From: a bacterium | GTDB taxonomy: Bacteria; UBA4055 | NCBI GenBank assembly: GCA_029559475.1 | Contig: JAKQBN010000055.1 | Span: 7,089 to 71,088 of the forward strand | Length of the DNA stretch: 64,000 nucleotides | Direction of reading: 5' to 3' | The notes under the pieces: model-generated | Database searches by the model: none | The model's input: only the letters and a program-made list of their open reading frames with translations | What the model was told of the DNA's origin: nothing | Shown: one piece after another, positions 19,717 through 31,592 of the stretch | Position numbering within the stretch: the stretch's first letter is position 1 | How the letters are laid out: each line of letters opens with the position of its first letter | Made by a program: the position numbers and the translations under genes

Positions 19717-20985
19717 ATGATGGTAAAAGAAGAGATCCAATATCTGTTCGACCGCGGGATGTTCGGAATGAAGCTCGGTCTGAAAAACATAACTGATCTT
19801 TTAGAATTCGGTTCTGTCGATCTTAAAAAGCTGCCGGCTGTTCATATTGCAGGAACTAACGGCAAAGGCTCTACATCTAATATCATAGCTCAGGTAATGA
19901 CAGCTAACGGATACAGGACAGGTCTCTTCACATCACCTCATCTGCAGAGGTTCAACGAAAGAATAAAGATAGACAACTTAGAAATATCGGATGATGAATT
20001 GTCTGAATACATTAAATTTTTCAGGCCTGCGATAGAAAAATTCAACTGCACGTTCTTCGAGGCCAATACAGCGATAGCGTTTAAATATTTTACTGATAAA
20101 AAGGTCGATCTGGCCGTGATAGAGACAGGGCTGGGCGGAAGCCTCGATTCCACTAATGTGATCACTCCGCTTTTATCGGTTATCACGGGAATAGATTTCG
20201 ACCACCAGAAACAGCTGGGATCATCGGTTGTTCAGATCGCCCGCGAAAAGGCGGGGATCTTCAAAAAAAGTGCGCCTGCCGTAGTTAATTTCAGAAGAGA
20301 AGCAGCAGGGAAGGTTCTTAGGTCATACGCAAAAAAGACAGGATCGAAGTTCCATATAGTCGATAAGCACAAAATCATGTTCAGAAATACTGACGGGAAA
20401 AAGACCCTTGAGTTCTATCTTAACGGAAAACGCGTTACCGCGACGGTAAATCTGAAAGGAAAATATCAGGAAGACAATCTTAGAACCGCTCTTACAGCTC
20501 TCAGGTTCATATCGAAAAAGTTTAGTCTCGATCCTGAAAAGACAGCCGAAGCTCTGTCAGATATCAGGATAAAAGGAAGGATGGAGACTTTATCACAAGA
20601 TCCGTTTTTTATGATCGACGCGGCGCATAATACAGAGGGGCTTACTTTTTTAAAGAACGAACTTGAAAAAGGAGCGTATAAAACGGTGCATCTGATAATC
20701 GGTATGGTAAAGGATAAGGATTTCGAGAAAGCACTAAAGCTTATCTCGGAAATCAAAGCTGAAAAATACTTCACACAGGCTGACAATAAAAGAATGCTCG
20801 ACATAGAAACGATAAAAAACTGCAAATATTTAAAAAGAAGCGGCGCTGCGGGATTTTTCGAAAAGCCTTCTGAAGCTTTCGATGAAGCCGCAAAGAGGTA
20901 TAAAAAAGGCGACATAATAGTCGCATCGGGTTCGCATTATATGCTCGGCGACCTTTTAAACGGAATAGAAAACAAATTAAAATAA
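19717..20985 (+). CDS. folC: folylpolyglutamate synthase/dihydrofolate synthase
   Basis: [12 protein letters not shown]-loop, Mur-ligase-like; 422 aa. Confidence 0.85.
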   Translation: MMVKEEIQYLFDRGMFGMKLGLKNITDLLEFGSVDLKKLPAVHIAGTNGKGSTSNIIAQVMTANGYRTGLFTSPHLQRFNERIKIDNLEISDDELSEYIKFFRPAIEKFNCTFFEANTAIAFKYFTDKKVDLAVIETGLGGSLDSTNVITPLLSVITGIDFDHQKQLGSSVVQIAREKAGIFKKSAPAVVNFRREAAGKVLRSYAKKTGSKFHIVDKHKIMFRNTDGKKTLEFYLNGKRVTATVNLKGKYQEDNLRTALTALRFISKKFSLDPEKTAEALSDIRIKGRMETLSQDPFFMIDAAHNTEGLTFLKNELEKGAYKTVHLIIGMVKDKDFEKALKLISEIKAEKYFTQADNKRMLDIETIKNCKYLKRSGAAGFFEKPSEAFDEAAKRYKKGDIIVASGSHYMLGDLLNGIENKLK

Positions 20986-20999
20986 AAAAGGAAAAGATC

Positions 21000-22298
21000 A
21001 TGGACGAACTGCAGAAGTACGATCTCAAAACATTAAAAAGCATGACGGTCAGGGAACTGACTGAGATAGCCATTAAGCTTGGCATCGAAGATTACGCGAC
21101 TCTTTTAAAGCAGGAGCTTATTTTCAAGATCCTGGAAGGCAACACGCAAGAAGAAGAGGGACTTGAGGGTGACGGTCTTTTAGAGATAATCGCGCTCGAT
21201 AAGGATAATAAATATGGATTTTTGAGATCCCCGAACACGAACTATCAGCAGGGCAAGAACGACATTTACGTTTCTCCCGCTCAGATAAAGAAATTCGGAT
21301 TAAGGACAGGCCACTATGTATCAGGCCAGATCAGAGCGCCCAAGGAAGGGGAGAAGTATTTCGCTCTTTTAAAGGTGGACAGCGTGAACGACATGGATCC
21401 CGATTACATCAAGAAGATCATTATGTTCGAGAACCTGACGCCGTTACACCCTAACGACAGATTCAAGCTCGAAAATAAAAAATTCGGCGTCGAGAATGAA
21501 ACTTTAAGGATACTCGATCTGTTCTCGCCTTTGGGAAAAGGGCAGAGAGCGCTGATCGTATCTCCGCCGAAAGCCGGAAAAACGACTATCATGAGACAGA
21601 TAGCCAACGCGATAGCGGAAAATCATCCTCAGGCCAAGATAATGATGCTTCTTGTAGACGAAAGGCCAGAAGAGGTCACAGAGATGCAGAGAAGCATTAA
21701 AGGCGAGGTCATCAGCTCCACATTCGACGAAAAACCCGAAAAGCATATTTCAGTAGCCAGAATGGTTCTCGATAAGGCTAAAAGAGAAGTCGAGTACGGA
21801 AAGGACGTTGTTATACTTCTCGACAGCATCACAAGGCTGGCAAGAGCCTATAACGCGGCGGCTCCCCACAGCGGAAGGATCCTTTCGGGAGGTGTGGACG
21901 CGAACGCTCTCTATGAACCGAAAAGATTTTACGGAGCTGCAAGGAACCTGGAGGAAGGCGGAAGCCTGACGATAATAGCCACCGCTCTGATCGATACGGG
22001 AAGCCGTATGGACGAAGTAATCTTCGAGGAGTTCAAGGGAACAGGCAACCTCGAGCTTGTTCTGGACAGAAGGCTCGCCGAAATGAGGATCTATCCGGCT
22101 ATAGATATAAATAAATCAGGCACGAGGAAAGAAGAGCTGCTGCTCGAGACCTCAACCCTGAATAAAATATGGATATTGAGAAAAATGCTCGCACCGATGT
22201 CGAATATCGAATCAATGAAATTCATGAAAGAGAAGATCGTACAGACAGAGAACAATACAGAGCTCTTCAAGATGATGACTAGCGGTTCGTCCTTTTAA
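21000..22298 (+). CDS. rho: transcription termination factor Rho
   Basis: N-terminal domain, OB-fold, RecA-like core PPKAGKTT, and [25 protein letters not shown]. Confidence 0.95.
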   Translation: MDELQKYDLKTLKSMTVRELTEIAIKLGIEDYATLLKQELIFKILEGNTQEEEGLEGDGLLEIIALDKDNKYGFLRSPNTNYQQGKNDIYVSPAQIKKFGLRTGHYVSGQIRAPKEGEKYFALLKVDSVNDMDPDYIKKIIMFENLTPLHPNDRFKLENKKFGVENETLRILDLFSPLGKGQRALIVSPPKAGKTTIMRQIANAIAENHPQAKIMMLLVDERPEEVTEMQRSIKGEVISSTFDEKPEKHISVARMVLDKAKREVEYGKDVVILLDSITRLARAYNAAAPHSGRILSGGVDANALYEPKRFYGAARNLEEGGSLTIIATALIDTGSRMDEVIFEEFKGTGNLELVLDRRLAEMRIYPAIDINKSGTRKEELLLETSTLNKIWILRKMLAPMSNIESMKFMKEKIVQTENNTELFKMMTSGSSF

Positions 22299-22317
22299 AA
22301 ATATTTAAGGAATCAAT

Positions 22318-24696
22318 TTGGATAAATTCAAACGATATACTCCCTATCTGATATTTCTTACGGTAACAGTTATTCTTTTCGGAGAATTTTTGTTTACGAA
22401 CGGAGTTCTTTTCAGCTCTGATCAGCTTGAGAGCGGTATTTTCTTTAGAAAATTCTATACAGATTTCGTAAAGGAATTCGGTGAAATGCCGATGTGGGAC
22501 AGATATATTTCTTGCGGCCTGCCTTTCGTAGACGCTACGCACGGCGATACTTTCTATCCGGCGGCTCTTTTACAGTTCTTCATTCCGCTGCATAAGGCAC
22601 TCGGATTAAAGCTCGTTCTGCATGTATTTCTCGCCGGCGTTTTTATGTTCGTTTTTCTCAAGAATTACGGTCTGAGAAAAATATCCTCTTTTGCAGGAGC
22701 TTTAGCTTATATGACGGCTCCGATGCTTGTTACCCTCGTTTATCCCGGCCACGATGCGAAAATGTATGTCGCGGCGCTTTTTCCTCTCGGCATGAACTTT
22801 TTGTATAAAGGCATCGAAGGCAAAGGGAATAAAAATTATGCATTCTTCGGCGCAACATTAGGATTTATGATCCTTTCATCTCATCTTCAGACTACCTATT
22901 TCGCTATGTGGTTCTATTTCTTCTACGCTCTCTACAGAGCCGTCAAAGATTATACAGTTTCAAAAAAGCTGATAAAGCCCGTATCGGGATTCGGCCTTTT
23001 CTGGGCAGGGATCATACTCGCCGTCTTCATAGGCGCGGTCCAGCTCGTGCCTCCTTATATGTACACGAAGGAATTCTCGATAAGGGGGACCGAAGCTAAA
23101 ACATCTTACGAGCACGCCATTTCCTGGGGAATTCATCCCGAAGAGGCGATGTCGCTTGTCGTGCCTGAATTCTGCGGCGAGAACAGGACTTCCCACGTTC
23201 AGAGCTACGAGGAACAGCAGGAAGTAATAAAAGACGGCGGAAATTCTTACTGGGGAAGGAACTCGTTCAAACTGAACAGCGAATATTCCGGCGTGATCCT
23301 GATACTTTTGACGATACTAGCACTTTTCATTTACAGAGGCAAACATTTCGGCGATGTCGTTTTCTTTTTCTGCTTCGGCGTGTTCACTCTTTTATATTCG
23401 CTGGGTGACCATACACCTCTTTTCAGGCTGGTTTACCATATCGTTCCCGGAGTGAAAATGTTCAGAGGCCAGGGAATGATACTCTTCTTGTTAACTTTCG
23501 TCCTTGCAGCCTGCGCGTCTGTGATCCTCGATCACATCATAAGCCTGAAAGAAGACGGAAAAGCTGAAAAGTATGTTAAGCCTTTAATGATCGCTGCAGG
23601 CGTAATATTGGCTGCGGGATTAATAAAGGCGGCCGCTGCGGGCAGTATGATGGAAATTTATCAGACGTTCTTTACGCCCGAAAGAATGCCGTCTGAAGAA
23701 TACTTAGGGACCATAAGTAAAGGGATAATATTATCAAGCCTGCTGATGTCGGGCACACTTATATTAATCTGGCTATATCTGAAAAACAAGATGAGCGCGA
23801 TAGTATTTATCAGCCTGATCTCCGTACTTATATTTGCCGACACATACAGAGTCGACCGGAAATTTATCCGTACGGTTTCAAAGGATGGTCTCGGTATAAA
23901 ATTCACCGATATCGATATCACAAAGCAGCTAAGGCAGCTTGAATCTGATGAAGGATATTTCAGAGTTTTGGATCTGAATATGTTCGGAGCTAACCAGCTT
24001 CCTATACACAAAGTCACAACCGTAACGGGATTCCATGACAACGAGCTTAAATGGTTCAGAAAATTCAGAGGCGTAAATATAGACGGTGTGAATACGGATG
24101 AAAATTTTACGTATAATTTAAATGAGTATTACAATAATAATTTTTTAAAACTTTCCGGCGCCAGATTCATTTTGTACAGGCCTGAAGGCTCGCAGGGAGA
24201 GATAATCCCCAACCAGAACTATCTTCCGAGAGCTTACACAGTAAGCAGTTGCGTAGTTATACCTGAAGAAGATAAGATCGCTGGAAGGCTGAAAACGGAT
24301 TTCGATCCTGCAGCGGTCGTGATATTAGAAAAGGAACCGTCCATAAAACCTGTAAACGATTCTATCCCGCCGGGAAATGTTACAGGCTACAAATATCTTG
24401 GCAACGAGATAGAACTCACGGCTGTGATGAACAGGGACGGTTTTGTTGTAATGACTGACAATTATTTCCCGTACTGGCACGCATTCGATGAAAGCGGCAA
24501 AGAGATCGAAATATACAAGGCTGATCTCACTTTCAGATCTATCGAACTGAAAAAAGGTGAACACAGGATCACCTTCAAATATGTTTCAAAGCCGTATGCA
24601 GTCGGAAAATCTGCAACAATATTAGGGTTGATTTTTTTATCCGTTATTATTATTTTTGAAAGTTTTATACGGAATAAGCGTAGAAAATTAAAATAA
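22318..24696 (+). CDS. YfhO-family integral membrane protein
   Basis: 792 aa, multiple transmembrane segments, N-terminal region typical of YfhO-like glycosyltransferase-fold membrane proteins. Confidence 0.6.
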   Translation: MDKFKRYTPYLIFLTVTVILFGEFLFTNGVLFSSDQLESGIFFRKFYTDFVKEFGEMPMWDRYISCGLPFVDATHGDTFYPAALLQFFIPLHKALGLKLVLHVFLAGVFMFVFLKNYGLRKISSFAGALAYMTAPMLVTLVYPGHDAKMYVAALFPLGMNFLYKGIEGKGNKNYAFFGATLGFMILSSHLQTTYFAMWFYFFYALYRAVKDYTVSKKLIKPVSGFGLFWAGIILAVFIGAVQLVPPYMYTKEFSIRGTEAKTSYEHAISWGIHPEEAMSLVVPEFCGENRTSHVQSYEEQQEVIKDGGNSYWGRNSFKLNSEYSGVILILLTILALFIYRGKHFGDVVFFFCFGVFTLLYSLGDHTPLFRLVYHIVPGVKMFRGQGMILFLLTFVLAACASVILDHIISLKEDGKAEKYVKPLMIAAGVILAAGLIKAAAAGSMMEIYQTFFTPERMPSEEYLGTISKGIILSSLLMSGTLILIWLYLKNKMSAIVFISLISVLIFADTYRVDRKFIRTVSKDGLGIKFTDIDITKQLRQLESDEGYFRVLDLNMFGANQLPIHKVTTVTGFHDNELKWFRKFRGVNIDGVNTDENFTYNLNEYYNNNFLKLSGARFILYRPEGSQGEIIPNQNYLPRAYTVSSCVVIPEEDKIAGRLKTDFDPAAVVILEKEPSIKPVNDSIPPGNVTGYKYLGNEIELTAVMNRDGFVVMTDNYFPYWHAFDESGKEIEIYKADLTFRSIELKKGEHRITFKYVSKPYAVGKSATILGLIFLSVIIIFESFIRNKRRKLK

Positions 24697-24703
24697 AGAG
24701 GGA

Positions 24704-26917
24704 GTGTTTATGATCAACAATCTGTTCTGGCTGGCGCCGATAGGCTCTGTAATAGCGCTTATCTTCGCTTTCTACTTTTACAAAAAACTTCTGAAAGAAG
24801 ACGAAGGCACGGACAAAATGAAAAAGATAGCCGCGCATGTAAGAGTGGGAGCGATGGCATACTTAAAACAGCAGTACAAAGTAGTGACGATAGTGTTTGT
24901 CATTATAGCTGTGCTTTTCGCGATTATGGCTTATGTTCTTAAGATCCAGAACGAATGGGTATGGTTCGCGTTTTTAACAGGCGGATTCTTTTCGGGGTTG
25001 TCGGGATTCTTCGGAATGAAAACGGCGACTTACGCTTCAGCAAGGACTGCTTTCGCCGCTCAGAAATCATTAAACGACGGTCTAAGGGTAGCTTTCCGTT
25101 CCGGAGCAGTTATGGGTCTTGTAGTAGTCGGACTGGGGCTATTGGACATTTCGTTATGGTTCCTTATCATGAATTACTTCTATCCTTTCGGCGAAGCGAA
25201 TAATGCGATAATCATTACGACTACTATGCTTACATTCGGCATGGGAGCTTCGACTCAGGCTCTGTTCGCAAGAGTCGGCGGAGGTATATTTACTAAAGCC
25301 GCTGACGTGGGAGCTGATCTTGTCGGAAAAGTCGAAGCGGGAATTCCCGAGGACGATCCCAGGAATCCGGCCGTTATAGCTGATAACGTAGGAGATAACG
25401 TTGGCGATGTTGCAGGTATGGGCGCTGACCTTTATGAATCTTACTGCGGATCGATACTGGCTACCGCATCATTGGGAGCCGCTATATTCGTAGGAAAAGC
25501 TGATACGTTGATGCAGTTCAATTTCGTTATTGCACCGATGCTAATCGCGGCTGTTGGTATAGTTCTTTCGCTTATCGGTATTTTTATGGTAAAAACAAAA
25601 GAAGGCGCTTCGCAGAAAGATCTTCTCGCATCTCTGGCTACCGGAGTTAATATCAGCTCTGTGCTGATAGCTGTTGCTTCTTTTATGATCATGAAATACC
25701 TTGATATGGATAATTATCTCGGAATTTGGGGATCTGTCGTTACCGGACTTTTGACAGGCATAATAATAGGTAAAACTACAGAATACTATACATCACATTC
25801 GTTCAAACCTACTCAGTCAGTCGCTGATAATGCTAAGACGGGACATGCGACCGTGATTATCGCCGGTCTCGGACTCGGAATGCTTTCAACGGCTATACCG
25901 GTGATAACAGTTGTTGTAGGTACAATACTCTCTTTTCTTTTCGCATCGGGAGGAGATTTGTCTCATGTATCAATGGGATTATACGGGATCGGGATCGCTG
26001 CCGTAGGGATGCTTTCGACACTCGGAATAACATTAGCTACCGATGCATACGGACCGATAGCTGATAACGCGGGCGGTAACGCAGAAATGAGCGGGCTGGA
26101 CAAGGAAGTCAGAAAAAGAACTGATGCTCTGGATGCTCTGGGAAACACCACGGCTGCAACAGGAAAAGGGTTCGCAATAGGTTCAGCAGCTTTAACAGCG
26201 CTTGCTCTTTTAGCTTCTTATGTTGACGAGATCAAGATAGCGCTCGAAAGAGCAGGACAGACTACTCTTGAAGTTGCCGGAGGGGCTATAGTAGCTGTTA
26301 ATGAAGCATCGCTCAATGATTTCATGTCGGCATTCAATATCACGCTCATGAATCCGTTCGTTCTGGTCGGAATATTTCTGGGATCTATGATGGCGTTCAT
26401 GTTCTCCGGATTGTCGATGCTGGCAGTCGGAAAGGCAGCAGGAAAGATGGTGGAAGAGGTAAGAAGACAGTTCAGAGAGATCAAAGGCATTATGGAAGGT
26501 AAAGCCGAACCTGATTACGCAAGATGCGTAGAGATATCCACGAAAGGCGCTCAGAGAGCGATGATGCTTCCTTCGCTTCTTGCTATAATAGTTCCGATAG
26601 TAACAGGAATAATATTCGGAGTTCCCGGAGTCATGGGACTTCTGATCGGCGGAACATCTACGGGATTCGTACTCGCGATATTTATGGCGAATGCCGGCGG
26701 AGCATGGGATAACGCGAAGAAATACATCGAGGAAGGACATCACGGCGGAAAGGGCTCGGACGCGCACAAAGCGGCAGTTACGGGTGATACAGTCGGCGAT
26801 CCTTTCAAGGATACCGCAGGACCCAGCCTCAATATTCTGATCAAGTTAATGAGCATGGTATCGATCGTTATGGCCGGTCTGACCGTAAGCTTCAATATGC
26901 TTAATCTTTTCAAATAG
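24704..26917 (+). CDS. hppA: membrane-bound proton/sodium-translocating pyrophosphatase
   Basis: [17 protein letters not shown] and [17 protein letters not shown] signature motifs; 737 aa. Confidence 0.9.
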   Translation: MFMINNLFWLAPIGSVIALIFAFYFYKKLLKEDEGTDKMKKIAAHVRVGAMAYLKQQYKVVTIVFVIIAVLFAIMAYVLKIQNEWVWFAFLTGGFFSGLSGFFGMKTATYASARTAFAAQKSLNDGLRVAFRSGAVMGLVVVGLGLLDISLWFLIMNYFYPFGEANNAIIITTTMLTFGMGASTQALFARVGGGIFTKAADVGADLVGKVEAGIPEDDPRNPAVIADNVGDNVGDVAGMGADLYESYCGSILATASLGAAIFVGKADTLMQFNFVIAPMLIAAVGIVLSLIGIFMVKTKEGASQKDLLASLATGVNISSVLIAVASFMIMKYLDMDNYLGIWGSVVTGLLTGIIIGKTTEYYTSHSFKPTQSVADNAKTGHATVIIAGLGLGMLSTAIPVITVVVGTILSFLFASGGDLSHVSMGLYGIGIAAVGMLSTLGITLATDAYGPIADNAGGNAEMSGLDKEVRKRTDALDALGNTTAATGKGFAIGSAALTALALLASYVDEIKIALERAGQTTLEVAGGAIVAVNEASLNDFMSAFNITLMNPFVLVGIFLGSMMAFMFSGLSMLAVGKAAGKMVEEVRRQFREIKGIMEGKAEPDYARCVEISTKGAQRAMMLPSLLAIIVPIVTGIIFGVPGVMGLLIGGTSTGFVLAIFMANAGGAWDNAKKYIEEGHHGGKGSDAHKAAVTGDTVGDPFKDTAGPSLNILIKLMSMVSIVMAGLTVSFNMLNLFK

Positions 26918-26933
26918 ATAATTATATCGTAAT

Positions 26934-26962
26934 AAAAAACCCCGGCTTAGTTCCGGGGTTTT
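26934..26962. terminator. bidirectional Rho-independent terminator (aaaaaaccccggcttagttccggggtttttt)
   Basis: ccccgg/ccgggg stem flanked by an A-run and a T-run, between the convergent hppA and MscS genes. Confidence 0.75.
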
Positions 26963-26978
26963 TTAATTTCAATATATT

Positions 26979-28031
26979 TTATTTCTTGTATATCGTCTGC
27001 GTCGGGTAAGCGAACTCCAGCCCGTTCTCATTGAATCTTTTTAATACCTCAAGATTGATCTTTGATTGTGCTTTTAGAATGTCGGCCTCTTTTCTTATGT
27101 AATAAATAAAGAGAATACCCAGCGAGAATTCACCCCAGCTGTTGAAAGACACGAGGCAGTCTTCGCTAACGATCTCATTATTGTTCTTTATAATATCTTT
27201 TAAAATATTCATGGCTGCGTCCATCTTCTCCGGAGAAGTGTCGTAAACAAGGCCGAGATTAACAACAACTTTCCTTGTCGGCTCGGCAGAATTGTTAGTT
27301 ACGCTGGATTCCGCGAATTTAGAATTCGGCACAGTTACGAGCCTGCCTTCGAGAGTTCTGATTCTTGTGCTTCTTATGCCGACTTCTTCAACAATTCCGT
27401 TGTCGCCGCCTATTACTACCCAGTCTCCAAGCTGGAAAGGCTTGTCGATGAAGATCATTACCCCACCGAAAATATTCTTCACAGTATCCTGGGCTGCAAG
27501 GGCAAGAGCGAGACCTCCGATACCGAGACCTGCGATTAGAGCCATAATATCGAATCCCGCATTATCGAGCGCAACGATCAGGCCGATGATCCAGAGCAGG
27601 ACTTTTACTCCTGTTCTTAGGATAGGTACTATCTGGTCGTCAAAAGTATTCTCTGATTTCTCTGCTAAAGGTATAAGTATCTCGCCTATAAGAGCGTCGA
27701 TAGCCCTTACTATGAGCCATGTGATGTTAAAAATCAGCACGAACATCAGCGCTCTGTGCATAAAATTCTCGAATCCTTCAGGAAAGGTCAGCCTGTTGAA
27801 TCCCATCCACATACCTGTCAGAACTATGCCGTAAACGACTGGTTTTTCGATCGCGCCGATAAGAGCGTCGTCAATGTTCGTTTTTGTTTTCGCGGTAAGT
27901 TTTTTTACTACTTCCTTGATCACCCAGTAGATGGCCTTGGAAAACAATATACCTCCGAGAACGAACAGAAGAGAATAGAACCACTGTTCAACGGTATTTC
28001 CGTAAAATGTCTTTGAGAAAAATTCATCCAT
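26979..28031 (-). CDS. mechanosensitive ion channel (MscS family)
   Basis: QLGDWVVIGGDNGIVEEVGIRSTRIRTLEGRLVTVPNSKF MscS beta-domain signature; three transmembrane segments. Confidence 0.85.
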   Translation of the reverse strand: MDEFFSKTFYGNTVEQWFYSLLFVLGGILFSKAIYWVIKEVVKKLTAKTKTNIDDALIGAIEKPVVYGIVLTGMWMGFNRLTFPEGFENFMHRALMFVLIFNITWLIVRAIDALIGEILIPLAEKSENTFDDQIVPILRTGVKVLLWIIGLIVALDNAGFDIMALIAGLGIGGLALALAAQDTVKNIFGGVMIFIDKPFQLGDWVVIGGDNGIVEEVGIRSTRIRTLEGRLVTVPNSKFAESSVTNNSAEPTRKVVVNLGLVYDTSPEKMDAAMNILKDIIKNNNEIVSEDCLVSFNSWGEFSLGILFIYYIRKEADILKAQSKINLEVLKRFNENGLEFAYPTQTIYKK

Positions 28032-28118
28032 ATTTCAACCTCATGTTAATTTTTTCGCAAATATAACAATAGCTGTAAGGATTAGTCAATATATAAATAG
28101 AATATTCGGACGCGTTTA

Positions 28119-28865
28119 TTATACTTTTCCCACAGGCGCGAGATATACGACGAACTCATCTTTTCCGTCAGCCTTAACGAATGAATCACACTTTTTCTGG
28201 TCATATGCGCCTATTCCGCATGTTCCGCAGCTGACAGCCTCGCAGGCCAGATAAAGATTCTGGCACAGATGTCCGGCGTCAAGAGCAACAAGTTTAGCTG
28301 ATGCGGAGCTGTAGCGCCATTCGGTCCTGTAGGGTATAGCTGTCCAGATAAAGTAAACGGCGGGATCCCAGAACTGCTCAAGCGTGGCTTCGTGAAGATC
28401 TTTTACCATATCTCTTTTATATTCGCGTTCGGGATAAAGCATATGAGCTATCGGGAGGTATCTGTAAATTCCTTTTTCCAGTCCTGTCACGTTCCAAACG
28501 AACAGGTAGGTTTCGAAAGGGTGTCTTGCTCCGCCTGAAGGTACTGTTCTGAAAGTATACTTTTCAGTAAATTTTCTTACTCCCTGGGTCGCATAAAGCA
28601 GGAATGAAAGTTCTTCTATTGTCAGAGGTTCTTTTGAGTATTTTCTTCTGCTCTGCCTGTTCAGAATTGCCTGTTCAAGTGTAACCGGTTTGATCTTCCA
28701 TTCATCTTTTTTAACGAGCGGTATCAGCTGTCGTGTCCTGTCTATGGGCTTTTCCATAGCCGGAAGAGGTTTTTTCAAAGCCTGATCAGAAACTTCAAGA
28801 TCCAATACGTCCCAGTTCGATCTTAAATACTCTCTGTTTTTTAAGAGTTTCTCGTTACTCTGCAT
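28119..28865 (-). CDS. SagB-type dehydrogenase / nitroreductase-family protein
   Basis: Nitroreductase-fold motifs (GGARHPFETY...), 248 aa. Confidence 0.65.
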   Translation of the reverse strand: MQSNEKLLKNREYLRSNWDVLDLEVSDQALKKPLPAMEKPIDRTRQLIPLVKKDEWKIKPVTLEQAILNRQSRRKYSKEPLTIEELSFLLYATQGVRKFTEKYTFRTVPSGGARHPFETYLFVWNVTGLEKGIYRYLPIAHMLYPEREYKRDMVKDLHEATLEQFWDPAVYFIWTAIPYRTEWRYSSASAKLVALDAGHLCQNLYLACEAVSCGTCGIGAYDQKKCDSFVKADGKDEFVVYLAPVGKV

Positions 28866-28874
28866 ATTTCCTCC

Positions 28875-29249
28875 CTAAAAAATCTTTGGTATAAAAATTA
28901 TCAGTCCTGTAACTACCGATACTATAGCGGCAACCAGAACCATTGCTGAACAAAGGTCTTTCGTTATGCCGACGATCATATTGTGCTCGGGAGATACGAA
29001 ATCGGCGATCCTTTCCACGGCTGCGTTAAAAATTTCGGACACAAGCACTAATCCTATGACAACTGAAATCATGATCCATTCTATGGCTGAGATATTAAAA
29101 ATGATCCCGAAGGCGACAGTTACCGATGCCGCGATAATGTGTATCCTGAAATTGGGTTCTTCATAAAACATAATAGCAACGCCCTTGAATGCGTATCTGA
29201 AACTGTGTATCCTGTTCCTGACTGAAAAACCAAGGCTGTTTTTGCTCAT
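28875..29249 (-). CDS. dgkA: diacylglycerol kinase (prokaryotic DgkA family)
   Basis: 124 aa, three transmembrane segments; RNRIHSFRYAFKG and EIFNAAVERIADFVSPEHN motifs. Confidence 0.8.
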   Translation of the reverse strand: MSKNSLGFSVRNRIHSFRYAFKGVAIMFYEEPNFRIHIIAASVTVAFGIIFNISAIEWIMISVVIGLVLVSEIFNAAVERIADFVSPEHNMIVGITKDLCSAMVLVAAIVSVVTGLIIFIPKIF

Positions 29250-29262
29250 CGACCTGTCTCCT

Positions 29263-30015
29263 TTAAAAAACTGCCGTTATCTTTATTCCGTAAGTTCCGA
29301 CATCGAAGTCGGGAATTATACCTATTAATTTATCATTTAGATCTGTATTGCCACTTCTTTTGAACGGTTCGAAACGGTAAACAAGATCCGCGCAAAGCAT
29401 TCCGATACCTGCTCCAGCGAGAACATCTCCTGTCCAGTGCTTATTGTTAAGTATTCTAAGAGCACCCGTTGCAGTTGCGAAAGCGAATCCGCTATAAGCG
29501 ATAAAGCTGTTCGAATTTTTATATTCGTGAAAAAGAATCGATGCGTTGGTAAAAGCGATATTCGTGTGATTGGAGGGGAAAGATTCACGATCATCTCCGT
29601 CCGGTCTCAGCTTGTCAGTTGTATATTTCAGGATCTGAACGATTATCTGCGATGAAAGATTAGCCAGAAATACGTTTTTCGATCTTTCATAAAATCTGTT
29701 TTCTGCCTTTATTCCCATAAGATCAAAAATATATATTTCAGCCATGGGAACGTGGACTATGTAATCGTCGGCTTTAAGACTGAAGTCTTCTCCTGCCGCT
29801 TGTCTTATATCCGCCTGCAAATCTTTTTCAAACCCGCTTCCGCTTATAGCGCAACCGGCCGTTATAATCGTGATGGGCAGAATATATGGCAGAAAGGGGT
29901 TCTGATTACTTGTATTAAAACTGTCCTGCGCCTGAAGTGCCAATAAGATCGTCAGAATCAATAAAATGACCGTATGCCTGAAATTCGCTGCCAACAGATA
30001 CCCCGTGTAAGACAA
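29263..30015 (-). CDS. PAP2-family phosphatase (membrane)
   Basis: KLRPDGDDRESFPSNHT ... RILNNKHWTGDVLAG matches the PAP2 tripartite motif. Confidence 0.65.
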   Translation of the reverse strand: MSYTGYLLAANFRHTVILLILTILLALQAQDSFNTSNQNPFLPYILPITIITAGCAISGSGFEKDLQADIRQAAGEDFSLKADDYIVHVPMAEIYIFDLMGIKAENRFYERSKNVFLANLSSQIIVQILKYTTDKLRPDGDDRESFPSNHTNIAFTNASILFHEYKNSNSFIAYSGFAFATATGALRILNNKHWTGDVLAGAGIGMLCADLVYRFEPFKRSGNTDLNDKLIGIIPDFDVGTYGIKITAVF

Positions 30016-30053
30016 TGAAAATTAGTTCATATATTGCGTGAAATCAAGGTAAA

Positions 30054-31424
30054 TCAAACAGAATTGTATTTAGGTTTACGTCTGTATTCAACGGTTTTGG
30101 GCTCTTTGATTTCTGCCGGTTTATGCTTGAATCTGTCGGGAGACCGGTGCGCAGGCCTTTTATTCTGAACTGATTCTGAAAGTTTACGTTCAGCGACCTT
30201 TCTGGGCAGTTCCTTTGCGGAAACCGGGACCGGAGTGACGCCGGTGAACGGATAGGGGTGATCTTCGACTACCGGGATCTTTTTCGAGATAAGTTTCTCG
30301 ATATCACGCAGGTAAGGTCTTTCTTCAATGTCGCAGAATGAATAGGATGTGCCTCTTGCTCCGGCTCTTCCTGTCCTGCCGATCCGGTGAACGTACATCT
30401 CCGCGATATTGGAAATTTCGTAATTAATTACATATTCAAGATCGTTCACGTCTATTCCTCTTGCGGCTATATCGGTAGCTACAAGAACTCGGGTCGACTG
30501 ATCTTTGAAATTATTAAGAGCTCTCTGTCTGGCATTCTGAGCTTTGTTACCGTGTATCGCCTCTGCCGTAATATTGTTTTTCTGAAGAATCTTAACAACT
30601 TTATCCGCGCCGTGTTTTGTGCGTGTGAAAACCAGAGCTGTTTTAATTTCTTTGTTCTTGAGAATATCAATAAGAAGCGCCGACTTGTTCGCTTTATCCA
30701 CGAAGTAAACGTACTGATCGATCGTATCTACAGTAGAAGATATTGGAGTCACTGAAACATGAGAAGGATCATTAAGGATCGTTCCCGCCAGTTTTATGAT
30801 CTCATCCGGCATTGTTGCGGAAAAGAAAAGCGACTGTCTTTTTTTCGGAAGAACGGCAAGAACTTTTCTGATATCGTGAATGAATCCCATATCGAGCATT
30901 CTGTCAGCTTCGTCAAGAACGAATATCTCAATATCCTGGAGGCTTATAAATTTCTGGTTCATCAGATCTAAAAGCCTTCCGGGAGTGGCGATAAGTATAT
31001 CTATCCCGTCCTTTAATATCTGTGTCTGCGGATACTGATTAACTCCGCCGAAGATCACGGCGGTCTTTAGTTTTGTGTATCTTCCGTAGGCTTTGAAGCT
31101 GTCGCCGATCTGAATCGCAAGTTCTCTTGTCGGAGTAAGTATCAGGCTTCTTATCTTTCTTTTTCCTTCGTGTTTTCTTTCGCTGAGCAGTTGAAGGATA
31201 GGCACTGCGAAAGCGGCAGTCTTACCTGTGCCTGTCTGTGCGCACCCGAGAAGGTCGCGGCCTTTCAGGCAGACCGGTATGGATCGTACCTGTATCGGCG
31301 TCGGAGTCTTGTAGCCTTCGACAGCAATAGCTCTCAAGATCGGTTCGATTATATTTAATTGTTTGAACGGTGAATTTTCGTTCAAAGGTGAAACTTCAGA
31401 TTTTATCGTATTCGTCAAAATCAT
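30054..31424 (-). CDS. DEAD-box ATP-dependent RNA helicase
   Basis: Q-motif, [12 protein letters not shown] (VLDEADRM), SAT and HRIGRTGR motifs, plus a basic C-terminal tail. Confidence 0.9.
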   Translation of the reverse strand: MILTNTIKSEVSPLNENSPFKQLNIIEPILRAIAVEGYKTPTPIQVRSIPVCLKGRDLLGCAQTGTGKTAAFAVPILQLLSERKHEGKRKIRSLILTPTRELAIQIGDSFKAYGRYTKLKTAVIFGGVNQYPQTQILKDGIDILIATPGRLLDLMNQKFISLQDIEIFVLDEADRMLDMGFIHDIRKVLAVLPKKRQSLFFSATMPDEIIKLAGTILNDPSHVSVTPISSTVDTIDQYVYFVDKANKSALLIDILKNKEIKTALVFTRTKHGADKVVKILQKNNITAEAIHGNKAQNARQRALNNFKDQSTRVLVATDIAARGIDVNDLEYVINYEISNIAEMYVHRIGRTGRAGARGTSYSFCDIEERPYLRDIEKLISKKIPVVEDHPYPFTGVTPVPVSAKELPRKVAERKLSESVQNKRPAHRSPDRFKHKPAEIKEPKTVEYRRKPKYNSV

Positions 31425-31592
31425 TCCTTAATTTTCTATTATTTGCGGATTATTCCGGTAATTGATTCAATACTCTATCGTTTGTTTGTTCTATGTTACA
31501 TACCTGATCAAACTTGATATCGTATCTTATTTGAAACGGTGACCGAATATAATCAATATTTTATATTAAATCAAGGCAATTAAAAGTTCTGC

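Noticed and set aside
26210-26767. 185-aa and 90-aa minus-strand ORFs inside hppA
   Set aside because: Antisense to a highly conserved pyrophosphatase gene; the product is His/Arg/Ser-rich low complexity.
27292-27834. 180-aa plus-strand ORF inside the MscS gene
   Set aside because: Antisense shadow ORF with Pro/Ser/Arg-rich composition.
31425-31592. Searched the larger intergenic regions (31425-31592, 63077-63310, 42035-42474, 39255-39590) for tRNA, tmRNA or rRNA
   Set aside because: No cloverleaf-compatible GC-rich stems or conserved T-loop/anticodon-loop patterns were seen. No RNA gene called.
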